Virus record (IMG/VR): IMGVR_UViG_3300045988_142996
Location: 1-64,000 of that record
Reading direction: 5' to 3' (one strand)
DNA length: 64,000 bases
Source: a virus
The notes below the pieces were generated by a model. That model worked only from the letters and a program-made list of their open reading frames with translations. It had not been told where the DNA came from and did no database searches. Below are positions 1 through 7,051 of this stretch, piece after piece. The position numbers and the translations under genes are program-made. How positions within the stretch are numbered: position 1 is the stretch's first letter; each line of letters opens with the position of its first letter.

Positions 1-134
1 AGGCTCCAACCACAGCTTCTTTGTTGAAATGTTAATCAGTTAGATACCGCCAGACGGTTTATTTAGAACGAGGTTACAAGAGCAAAGAAGTCTGTGGTCC
101 TAAGCAGCATTGAATAATATAACGGAGGTATAAA

Positions 135-1310
135 ATGGTCTGTGTCGGAATTGATGTTGCCAAAGATAAGCATGACTGTTGCATTCTCGATTCGGAAGGA
201 ACGACCCTTGTCGATTGCTTTACCATTCCCAACAACATGGATGGTTTCAAAAGTCTGCTACAAACAATCCAAGACTGTTCTCAAAAATCAGACAAAATAA
301 AAGTAGGGCTTGAGGCTACCGGACATTATAGCTACAACATCCTTGGGTTTCTTCTTGACAATGATCTGCCCGTCTATGTCATGAATCCCTTGCATACCAA
401 CCTGTATCGAAAGAGCCTCAGTCTTCGCAAAACTAAAACCGATCGTGTGGATGCAAAAACGATTGCAACTATGCTGTTGTCCGATGTAGACCTCAAGTCC
501 TACACAGATACAGCATATCACAACGAAGAACTAAAGTCACTCACGAGATACCGATTTGATAAAGTTCAGGAACGCGCTAAACTAAAGCAGTCGGTGTCCA
601 GATTGGTTACAATCCTGTTTCCGGAATTGGAACAGCTTGTTTCGTCTATCCACGGCACTTCAATCTACGCACTTCTCAGTGAGTATCCCGGTGCAAAGCA
701 GATTTCAGAAGCTCATCTGACCAGATTAGCTAATATTCTCGTGAAAACATCCAGAGGCCATTACCGAAAAGATAAAGCTACTCATATCCGAGATGCAGCC
801 AGAATATCCATTGGTTCTGTTATGCCTGCTAAGTCTTTGGAATTAAAGCACACCATTAAGCTCATTCAAGAACTTACCTCCGAAATCAATGAAATTGAAG
901 ATGCCATTCGGAAAATCATGGATGAATTGAAACCGCCGATCCTTTCGATTCCCGGAATGGGATTTCATTCTGCTGCGATGATTCTTGCAGAGGTAGGGGA
1001 TTTTTCGAATTTTAACTCTCCTGACAAAGTTTTGGCTTATGCTGGATGTTCTCCCTCCACATACCAGTCAGGAAAACTCACAAACTGCTATGCACACATG
1101 GAAAAGCGTGGCTCTCGTTATCTTCGATACGCTCTTTACACTGCAACCAAATACGTCTGTTACTGGAATCCTGTTTTTACTGAATACCTTACCAAAAAGC
1201 AAGCTGAAGGCAAGCACTACAATGTTGCCCTATCTCATGCCACAAAGAAACTCGTACGACTGATTTACGCTTTGCAGAAGTCCGGTAAAGCATATCTTGC
1301 CGTCACTTGA
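135..1310 (+). CDS. IS110-family (DEDD) transposase/recombinase
   Basis: N-terminus VGIDVAKDKHD...GLEATGHY (DEDD RuvC-like). C-terminus IPGMGFHSAAMILAEVGDFSNF...LAYAGCSPSTYQSGK, typical of the IS110/IS116/IS902 C-terminal domain. RBS GGAGG lies 7 nt upstream. Confidence 0.95.
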   Translation: MVCVGIDVAKDKHDCCILDSEGTTLVDCFTIPNNMDGFKSLLQTIQDCSQKSDKIKVGLEATGHYSYNILGFLLDNDLPVYVMNPLHTNLYRKSLSLRKTKTDRVDAKTIATMLLSDVDLKSYTDTAYHNEELKSLTRYRFDKVQERAKLKQSVSRLVTILFPELEQLVSSIHGTSIYALLSEYPGAKQISEAHLTRLANILVKTSRGHYRKDKATHIRDAARISIGSVMPAKSLELKHTIKLIQELTSEINEIEDAIRKIMDELKPPILSIPGMGFHSAAMILAEVGDFSNFNSPDKVLAYAGCSPSTYQSGKLTNCYAHMEKRGSRYLRYALYTATKYVCYWNPVFTEYLTKKQAEGKHYNVALSHATKKLVRLIYALQKSGKAYLAVT

Positions 1311-1362
1311 TTTTCTCCAGAGCCTGAGTTAAACCTAAGAACAACTTAGCTGGCGCAGCGAA

Positions 1363-1487
1363 CCCTTGACAAACCGAAACATTCAAATGCTATTCTGTTT
1401 TTGCGAGGGTTGGCTGGGCTTGCTTTGCTGTTCTCTCCGTCACCCTCGCTACTCCAAGGCCAGCATTTGAATGATGTTTGTCAGGGG
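1363..1487 (+). ncRNA. Structured 3' non-coding arm of the IS110 element; candidate bridge/seek RNA
   Basis: Nested inverted repeats. The outer arm 1363-1391 (cccttgacaaaccgaaacattcaaatgct) pairs with 1462-1487 (agcatttgaatgatgtttgtcagggg). The inner perfect 8-bp stem is gcgagggt 1403-1410 with accctcgc 1442-1449. Confidence 0.35.
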
Positions 1488-1543
1488 CAGCGGATGGTTG
1501 GCGGATTTTTTCATTTTAGGGCTTGACTTTTAATAGTTAGTCT

Positions 1544-1572
1544 TCCATAATAGAGCAAGGTATTTTCGCGTC
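1544..1572 (-). promoter_or_regulatory. Class-1 promoter-like motif, copy A
   Basis: Minus strand reads GACGCGAAAATACCTTGCTCTATTATGGAAG. It is separated from its presumed gene by the IS110 insertion. Confidence 0.5.
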
Positions 1573-1934
1573 TACACCTCTTTCCGATCAAACACCGTCT
1601 CCCACCTCTCTTTCTTCATCGGTTTCATCCTGATGGCCCACATCAGCTGCCGGACAGTCACCGTCGGATAAAATCCATTTTGATTTTTCTTTTTGGCGTG
1701 TTCGATAAAATACTCCCGGAATCCTTCGTGCATATAGATTTTGTCCGTCAGCCATGGGTCGATGGGGCCCCAGAAAGTCGCTCGGCTCTTCTCATTGAAT
1801 CTTTGCTGGATGACACACAGGCCTTTCCCATGCTCTGCATACAGCGTACAAGTCTGGTACACCGGGTGATTGCATCGGTAGGTCACGCCGTAGTAATGCG
1901 TCCACTCTTCGGACGGCTCGGTATAATATCTCAT
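1572..1934 (-). CDS. Hypothetical phage protein (120 aa)
   Basis: ORF from the track, co-oriented with its neighbours. The start ATG directly follows a terminator T-run and has no obvious RBS. No family recognised. Confidence 0.55.
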   Translation of the reverse strand: MRYYTEPSEEWTHYYGVTYRCNHPVYQTCTLYAEHGKGLCVIQQRFNEKSRATFWGPIDPWLTDKIYMHEGFREYFIEHAKKKNQNGFYPTVTVRQLMWAIRMKPMKKERWETVFDRKEV

Positions 1935-1968
1935 AAAAAAAAGAGGCCGCAGCTTTCGCCACGACCTC
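1934..1968 (-). terminator. Rho-independent terminator (dispersed hairpin family)
   Basis: Minus strand reads GAGGTCGTGGCGAAAGCTGCGGCCTC followed by T8. Confidence 0.65.
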
Positions 1969-1980
1969 CACGGTTCCTCC

Positions 1981-2388
1981 TTACTTTGTCTTCGTCCAGG
2001 TTCCTCTCAGGATCTCACGGCCTTCTTTCCGTCTCTGACTCAGCGGCATAATACCACCAGCGTCATTCACGCCCTCGAACACATCGTTCCAGATATACAG
2101 CGCCATAGTTCCCACAACGCCTGCGATCGATGCGCCGACCTTCCACCATTCAATCTTGCGAGCCTTCTCCGCATTCTCCACGTCCAATTCCACCTGCCGC
2201 TTCTTCAGCTGCAGCTCGTCCTCTTTCGCTTCCTTTGCTTCCCGGCTCTCACGATCCTTCAGACTGGTCTCCTGCATCTTCGCAATGCTGTTCACCGTTG
2301 CCGTATACTCCTCTGTGCCCGGCTTCATCGTTTTCAACGCATCATATGCCATCTCCAGAGCTTCATTTGCCATTTTTTCATTGTCCAT
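1981..2388 (-). CDS. Hypothetical coiled-coil protein with a C-terminal TM helix (135 aa)
   Basis: RBS GGAG lies upstream of ATGGAC. The sequence is K/E-rich and helical, followed by the hydrophobic stretch WWKVGASIAGVVGTMALYIW. Confidence 0.6.
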   Translation of the reverse strand: MDNEKMANEALEMAYDALKTMKPGTEEYTATVNSIAKMQETSLKDRESREAKEAKEDELQLKKRQVELDVENAEKARKIEWWKVGASIAGVVGTMALYIWNDVFEGVNDAGGIMPLSQRRKEGREILRGTWTKTK

Positions 2389-2425
2389 TTTGATTTCTCC
2401 TTTGCAAAATAAATTCGGAGTTTCC

Positions 2426-2453
2426 TCCGTAAAGCAGCGAGTTATTTTCGCGA
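2426..2453 (-). promoter_or_regulatory. Class-1 promoter-like motif, copy B (variant)
   Basis: Minus strand reads TCGCGAAAATAACTCGCTGCTTTACGGAGG. It overlaps the stop of 2442..2690. Confidence 0.4.
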
Positions 2454-2690
2454 TTTGACCTTCTGGACGCGGAGGATCACATAATCGTTCGTTTCCAAAT
2501 TGTCCGGGGACTCGTCCAGATTCAGGAACAGGTGTGCACCATCGTCCTCTTCACCGGTATAGCCAACGATGATCGTCCCGACGGATTCTCGGCTCAGATC
2601 ACGTCGGATGCCCAGTACAACACCAAGGCAGAACCCCAGCACCACGGCAATTCCCGTAAGGATCCAGATCAGATAGCTCATAAGACACAA
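2442..2690 (-). CDS. Small membrane protein (82 aa, N-terminal TM)
   Basis: The N-terminus LIWILTGIAVVLGFCLGVVLGI is hydrophobic. RBS AAAGGAG lies upstream. Confidence 0.55.
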   Translation of the reverse strand: MCLMSYLIWILTGIAVVLGFCLGVVLGIRRDLSRESVGTIIVGYTGEEDDGAHLFLNLDESPDNLETNDYVILRVQKVKSRK

Positions 2691-2734
2691 CTCCTTTTAA
2701 AAATATAAGTGAATGAATGGCTGACTGCGTGATG

Positions 2735-2765
2735 AAAAAATAAGAGCCGATGTTTCCATCAGCTC
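2735..2765 (-). terminator. Rho-independent terminator
   Basis: Minus strand reads GAGCTGATG-GAAA-CATCGGCTC (9-bp stem, GAAA loop) followed by TTATTTTTT. Confidence 0.7.
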
Positions 2766-2777
2766 CATTTTGAAATG

Positions 2778-2885
2778 TTATTTCTTTTTGTTTCTTTTGT
2801 GTTCTCCTTTCCGTTTCTCGATCAGGAGCTTTAAAACCTCCCATAAAATCAATAATACAAAAAGCTGCACTACAAAATTGTACAT
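2778..2885 (-). CDS. Possible 35-aa TM peptide (below the ORF-track cutoff)
   Basis: AAAGGTGG-N8-ATG. Hand translation gives MYNFVVQLFVLLILWEVLKLLIEKRKGEHKRNKKK. It lies between motif C and terminator 2735-2765. Confidence 0.35.
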   Translation of the reverse strand: MYNFVVQLFVLLILWEVLKLLIEKRKGEHKRNKKK

Positions 2886-2900
2886 CAGTCATACCACCTT

Positions 2901-2929
2901 TCATAAAGGTAGCTGAATTTTTCGCGTCA
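2901..2929 (-). promoter_or_regulatory. Class-1 promoter-like motif, copy C
   Basis: Minus strand reads TGACGCGAAAAATTCAGCTACCTTTATGAAAGG, immediately after terminator 2931-2967. Confidence 0.55.
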
Positions 2930-2930
2930 G

Positions 2931-2967
2931 CGCAAAAAGAAAGAGCCGCAGATTTCTCCACGGCTCT
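2931..2967 (-). terminator. Rho-independent terminator (dispersed hairpin family, canonical copy)
   Basis: Minus strand reads AGAGCCGTGGAGAAATCTGCGGCTCT followed by TTCTTTTT. This is identical to 57602-57627. Confidence 0.75.
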
Positions 2968-2973
2968 TAGCCT

Positions 2974-3282
2974 TTAGTAAACGATATACTTCGTATACTG
3001 TTTCTTTTCCACTTGCTTGATTACACCTGCTTTCTTCAGCAGTTCAAAATCACGGATAATCCCGCCCATGTCAAACGCTTCAAATTCAACATTGAAGTCG
3101 CTGCGCTTCAGCTTTCCGTCCTCGTAGTCTCTGATTCGATAGATTCCCTGGCCAATCAGCCTCGGGTCCATCTTGCAGTTCCGACGAACGACTTCCATCA
3201 TCAGCTCGCGCCCTTCAATGCCGTCATCTCTGACGCCCTTGACGATAACGGTCATGTGATTCACTTTGTTGCTCTTAAACAT
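2974..3282 (-). CDS. Hypothetical protein (102 aa)
   Basis: ORF from the track. RBS AAAGGAGAAC lies upstream of the ATG. No family recognised. Confidence 0.6.
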   Translation of the reverse strand: MFKSNKVNHMTVIVKGVRDDGIEGRELMMEVVRRNCKMDPRLIGQGIYRIRDYEDGKLKRSDFNVEFEAFDMGGIIRDFELLKKAGVIKQVEKKQYTKYIVY

Positions 3283-3320
3283 ATTGTGTTCTCCTTTGCA
3301 TTAAAACAGTGAATATTCGT

Positions 3321-3350
3321 TCCATAAAGGTATCTGAATTTTTCGCGTCA
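3321..3350 (-). promoter_or_regulatory. Class-1 promoter-like motif, copy D
   Basis: Minus strand reads TGACGCGAAAAATTCAGATACCTTTATGGAA. The TGA is the stop codon of 3348..3761. Confidence 0.55.
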
Positions 3351-3761
3351 CTGTCGCTCTTTGCTCAGGAGCCAGAAGAAATATCGGTAGTGTTCGTAGT
3401 AAACTTCTCTGCAGCACGGGCAGCCTTTGTTCCTTAAAATATCATACCCGATTCCCTGTGTTACGCCTTCCAGTATGTAAGGAGCCAGCACGGTGTCCAG
3501 ATCGGCAATGCATTTGTCCACAATATCAATGTGGCTGGAGTAGTAAACTCGTGCCAACGCCTGCCGTTCCGTCGGGCTTTCGGGTGGTACGCCTTTGATG
3601 ACGCCCGAAATGTTATGCGGTGACGTCTGCCAACCGTCGATCAGGTTCAGAGCTTTATTCCACTCCGGGTACTGCATACAGAAGTGCTTCAGTTCATAGT
3701 AGCGTTGTTTCGGAATATGATAGGGGTTCTTTTTTGAAAGCTCAGGACGTTCTCTTTTCAT
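3348..3761 (-). CDS. Putative late-transcription regulator (RinA/ArpU/sigma-region-4-like), 137 aa
   Basis: YYELKHFCMQYPEWNKAL...SPTERQALARVYY...ILEGVTQGIGYDIL has the layout of RinA-type activators. The start was moved to MKRERPE (ATGA overlap with the stop of 3758..4006). Confidence 0.45.
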   Translation of the reverse strand: MKRERPELSKKNPYHIPKQRYYELKHFCMQYPEWNKALNLIDGWQTSPHNISGVIKGVPPESPTERQALARVYYSSHIDIVDKCIADLDTVLAPYILEGVTQGIGYDILRNKGCPCCREVYYEHYRYFFWLLSKERQ

Positions 3762-4006
3762 TCTTCGCCCCTCCATTCGTAGCCTGTCTGCTCGAAAAGA
3801 AGCTTCGGCGAAATATAATAATTGATTCTCCCGTATTTTGAGCTCATTTCCTTGAGATCGGTCACGCGCCTGCCGTTTCTCGTGGCCTCCCCAATCGGCA
3901 GCCATCCGGCAATGATACCAGCTCTCACCCATGCCGGATCACGTCCGTAGACCTTTGCTGCCACCCTCACTGGAACAGCACCCAATTTTAACCTAGCTTT
4001 GTCCAT
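3758..4006 (-). CDS. Small HTH DNA-binding protein, excisionase-like (82 aa)
   Basis: It is divergent from the integrase across a 236-bp gap. The sequence VRVAAKVYGRDPAWVRAGIIAGWLPIG...YYISPKLLFEQTGY is Xis/MerR-type HTH-like. Confidence 0.5.
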   Translation of the reverse strand: MDKARLKLGAVPVRVAAKVYGRDPAWVRAGIIAGWLPIGEATRNGRRVTDLKEMSSKYGRINYYISPKLLFEQTGYEWRGEE

Positions 4007-4242
4007 ACTATCGTACTCCTTTTATGTTACTCTAAGCATATCCAGATACGTCTTAGGCATGAAAAGATAATAATGGTAAAACCGGTCGACTGCGTGCTGT
4101 ATTTTATTTAGTTTGCGGCGCAGCATTGACAAGTCTGTGAGAATGGTTTAACCTAGAATAGCTTTTCAAACAGAAAAAGCCCGGGTTGACCGAGCTTTTG
4201 AGTGAAAATGGCAAATTTATACAATGATTGAAGGAGGTTTAC

Positions 4243-5472
4243 ATGCTAAAACTCTGTCCAGAGTGTTGTCTACAAGTGAGCGATAAGGCAGCAACTTGTC
4301 CTCATTGTGGTTACCCGCTCGACCAAACACCCGTTCCAGTCCTGCAGCGCCCCGTTCCACAAAAGCGGCGAATGCATCTTCCGAACGGTTTCGGCAGCAT
4401 CACTGAAGTCCGAACGAAAAATCTTCGTAACCCGTTTTATGTCACTGTTCCTGCCGGAAAAACTCCAGAAGGCCGTCCCATTCGTAAGCCGCTCAAGCCC
4501 AAATCATCTTTTAAGACATATAACGAGGCTTATCAAGCACTGGTGGAATATCACCGAAATCCTTATGACCCAGAAACGATCATCAGCTTTCAGGAGCTAT
4601 ATGATCTCTGGTATCAAGAGCGGGAAAAAGCTAATCCCGATAAGACAACGCTTTGCCGCTATCGGAGCCTTTGGCGGTATTCCGCGCCAATCAAAGATAT
4701 TCCAGTACGCAATCTTCGTGTCCACCATTTAAAAGAATGCGTACTTCATGGAACCGCGGTGAATAATGGAGCAACCGTCGAAATTTCGCCAATCACTGGT
4801 TCAAAGCTAAAATTCATGTACAACCAGCTGTTTGATTATGCTGTTGAAAATGAATACGTAGATAAGAACATCGCCCGCATGTTTAATGTCAACTGCGAAT
4901 TTGAAACGCAGCATGAGCACTTCCCTTATACTGATGAAGAGATCAATATTCTCTGGAAAAATGTAGGAATCTGCGACGTTGCTGACCTGATCCTCATTCA
5001 GTGCTATTCTGGCTGGCGGCCGCAGGAGTTAGTCAAGTTAAAAATAGCAGACGTTCATCTTGACAAGCGTTGGATTCAGGGTGGTATGAAAACAAAAAAT
5101 GGCAAAAATCGCCAGGTGCCTATTCATATGAAAATTATGCCGCTCATTCAGCATCGCTATAAGGAAGCGCAGAGTATCGGTAGCGAATATCTTTTTAATC
5201 ATCATTACAAGCGCTGGCCCGACAGGTGGACTAAATACTCCTATGATTACCTTTCCGATTCGTTTATCGAAACGCTCCCCTTGTTGGGCATCAGCCCAGA
5301 GCATCGTGGACATGATGGCCGCGTGCATTTTGTCACGTTGGCCAAGAAAGCGGAGATGGACGAATATGCTCTCAAGCGAATCGTTGGTCATAAAATCGAT
5401 GACCTTACCGAGCGTGTTTACACTAGGCGTACCGTTGAATGGCTCATCAGCGAGCTTGATAAGATTCCCTGA
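4243..5472 (+). CDS. Tyrosine recombinase / phage integrase with an N-terminal zinc ribbon
   Basis: CPECC...CPHCG zinc ribbon. SGWRPQEL (Arg I), RGHDGRVHF, RIVGH...ERVYTRR (catalytic Tyr region). RBS GAAGGAGG at 4230-4237 precedes the ATG at 4243. The track start at 4228 is a TTG inside the RBS. Confidence 0.9.
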   Translation: MLKLCPECCLQVSDKAATCPHCGYPLDQTPVPVLQRPVPQKRRMHLPNGFGSITEVRTKNLRNPFYVTVPAGKTPEGRPIRKPLKPKSSFKTYNEAYQALVEYHRNPYDPETIISFQELYDLWYQEREKANPDKTTLCRYRSLWRYSAPIKDIPVRNLRVHHLKECVLHGTAVNNGATVEISPITGSKLKFMYNQLFDYAVENEYVDKNIARMFNVNCEFETQHEHFPYTDEEINILWKNVGICDVADLILIQCYSGWRPQELVKLKIADVHLDKRWIQGGMKTKNGKNRQVPIHMKIMPLIQHRYKEAQSIGSEYLFNHHYKRWPDRWTKYSYDYLSDSFIETLPLLGISPEHRGHDGRVHFVTLAKKAEMDEYALKRIVGHKIDDLTERVYTRRTVEWLISELDKIP

Positions 5473-6132
5473 TGTTCTAGCACCAATCCAGCACCGGGTC
5501 AAAATATTACAATTCGAGCTACGTTTTCTTCCATATATTTCCATTTATAGTTATGCACTTTTCATTCACGATTTTTCTTTTTTAAAATGCAGAAAGTTCC
5601 AGTCGGTTCGTGCATTTTTGCGTCAAAACGTAAAAAAGAGCCGTCCTCCCGATTCCTCGAGAGAACAGCTCCATGGTATTGGCTTTATAAAAATCAGATA
5701 GAAATGGTGTTGCAGACGTCGATCAGGACGGGGTCGAGGGTCTTGGTCAAAAATCGCCTGTCGTAAAATATCGCAGCAGTTCGTCATATTTTGCACATCT
5801 ATCTATCACCACTCCATTTCCGTTCTATATTTTTATACGTCGATACGCGTTTGCCTGCTTTTCTGCAAAAAAGTTTCTTTTTAATCACCAATGGAGAAAT
5901 GCTGCGGCTCAAAAAATAAAAGTCCCTGCAACTTTCGCTCACAGCTCCCACTCAGAGCCATAAACGATCGCTGCAGGGGCTTTCTTCATATTACCGGTCA
6001 CTCCATTTTGAATTATATAGACAGTTCCTGCCTTCGGTGAGTGCCAGATGAAACTTTTTCAGGCGGCTTTGGAGAAACATTCAGGTTGGATTCGTATACG
6101 CATCCATTCTCCTTTCCCGCCCGGAATCTCAA

Positions 6133-6384
6133 TCAGTTCTTCTCCAGGGCCTTCAGGCGATCGTATTCCTTGTCCGCAGCGATGGCCGCCTTGCTGAAGG
6201 AGTTGTTCTTCCACCAGGCGATCAGCGCCGCAACAACGGTGATGCCGCTGGTCACGAGCTGATTGACCGTCTCGCTCTCGATGGGCAGCGGACTCTTGCC
6301 AAGGGCGCACAGCACCTGATTCAGCAGAGCCAGCAGCAGACAGAGGGTGCGGGCAATGGTTCCTGCAGAGATGTTAAAATTCAT
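6133..6384 (-). CDS. Holin (phi LC3-like)
   Basis: An 83-aa protein with two TM segments and the motif IAWWKNNSFSKAA. It is the last gene of the lysis cassette. Confidence 0.6.
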   Translation of the reverse strand: MNFNISAGTIARTLCLLLALLNQVLCALGKSPLPIESETVNQLVTSGITVVAALIAWWKNNSFSKAAIAADKEYDRLKALEKN

Positions 6385-6388
6385 AGTA

Positions 6389-6616
6389 TTAGCTCCTTTC
6401 GTGTTCGTATGTTTCGATATCTGACACCCGATGGTTCAGCACCTGAATGTCTCTCTGGATCACAGGGATTTTTTCGGCAAAGCCGTTGTGCTTGCGTACT
6501 TCGCGTGTCAGTTCTTCGATTTTGTATTCCATGACCGCATTCGATCTCGAATTTGCGATCAGGACGCCGATTAGGGTCACTACGCCGCTCAGGACTGCGG
6601 CGATAATCGTTTCCAT
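6389..6616 (-). CDS. Lysis-cassette membrane protein (75 aa; N-terminal TM plus coiled coil, XhlA-like?)
   Basis: TM segment IIAAVLSGVVTLIGVLIA followed by a helical region. It sits between the endolysin and the holin. Confidence 0.45.
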   Translation of the reverse strand: METIIAAVLSGVVTLIGVLIANSRSNAVMEYKIEELTREVRKHNGFAEKIPVIQRDIQVLNHRVSDIETYEHERS

Positions 6617-6622
6617 CGGCGC

Positions 6623-7051
6623 TCACCCCTTCCAACGGCTCTTGTCTTTGCGCACATCCACGTGCACCCAGCCGTTCGCACGGCCAAGACCAGCCGGATA
6701 GAGCCCGATGCCGCCACGGTTCACCAGCAGCGTCTCCGCATAGGCCGCCACGTTTTCCGGGCTGATGCCGGTCACGCGGATGTCCGCCGCTTTGCCGTAA
6801 CAGTGCTGGCTGTAGGTCGCACCGCCAACGGCCTTGTTGTGGTTTGCCGTACGGAAGCCGCTCGTAATGGTCAGCGGCTTGTCAAAATGGACCCGGATCT
6901 GCTCCAGAATATCCACCAGTTCCGTGTCGATGAACATAGGGTCGCTTCCATCCTGACACCGGAATTCCCGCACCTTAAAGTGTTCCGAGAGCTTCCGGTT
7001 TCCGTTCTTCAAAACGGAAAATGCTTCAATGCTCATTTTGATTCCTTTCAT
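6623..7051 (-). CDS. Endolysin, peptidase M15 (zinc D-Ala-D-Ala carboxypeptidase / L-Ala-D-Glu peptidase fold)
   Basis: SGFRTANHNKAVGGATYSQHCYGKAADI ... WVHVD match the M15A zinc ligands and motifs. Confidence 0.85.
   Translation of the reverse strand: MKGIKMSIEAFSVLKNGNRKLSEHFKVREFRCQDGSDPMFIDTELVDILEQIRVHFDKPLTITSGFRTANHNKAVGGATYSQHCYGKAADIRVTGISPENVAAYAETLLVNRGGIGLYPAGLGRANGWVHVDVRKDKSRWKG

Larger units (their letters stand above)
1..1530 (+). mobile_element. IS110-family insertion sequence (same unit as 62040-63652); left part cut by the window start, right boundary approximate
   Basis: A plus-strand transposase flanked by about 200 nt structured non-coding arms, lying in a minus-strand phage operon between promoter-like motif A (1544-1572) and the gene it should drive (61807..62001). 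Confidence 0.6.
1..1878. repeat. Exact direct repeat of 62123-64000 (period 62,122 bp), showing that the window wraps one full genome unit
   Basis: 1-60 equals 62123-62182. ORFs 135..1310 and 62257..63432 translate identically. 1861-1878 equals 63983-64000. The repeat runs to the window edge, so its true length is unknown. Confidence 0.9.

Noticed and set aside
2599-2961. 120-aa track ORF
   Set aside because: It starts inside terminator 2931-2967 and runs through class-1 motif C and a second terminator (2735-2765), then into the next gene. A 35-aa ORF with an RBS explains the region better.
4127-4160. TTGACA ... TAGAAT as the integrase promoter
   Set aside because: The spacer between the hexamers is about 22 nt. 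No alternative -10 at 16-18 nt is convincing, so it is not reported as a feature.
5038-5544. 168-aa minus-strand ORF opposite the integrase 3' end (also 5243..5701 on the plus strand)
   Set aside because: It is antisense to or overlaps the well-supported integrase. It has no RBS and no motifs. The region beyond 5472 looks non-coding.
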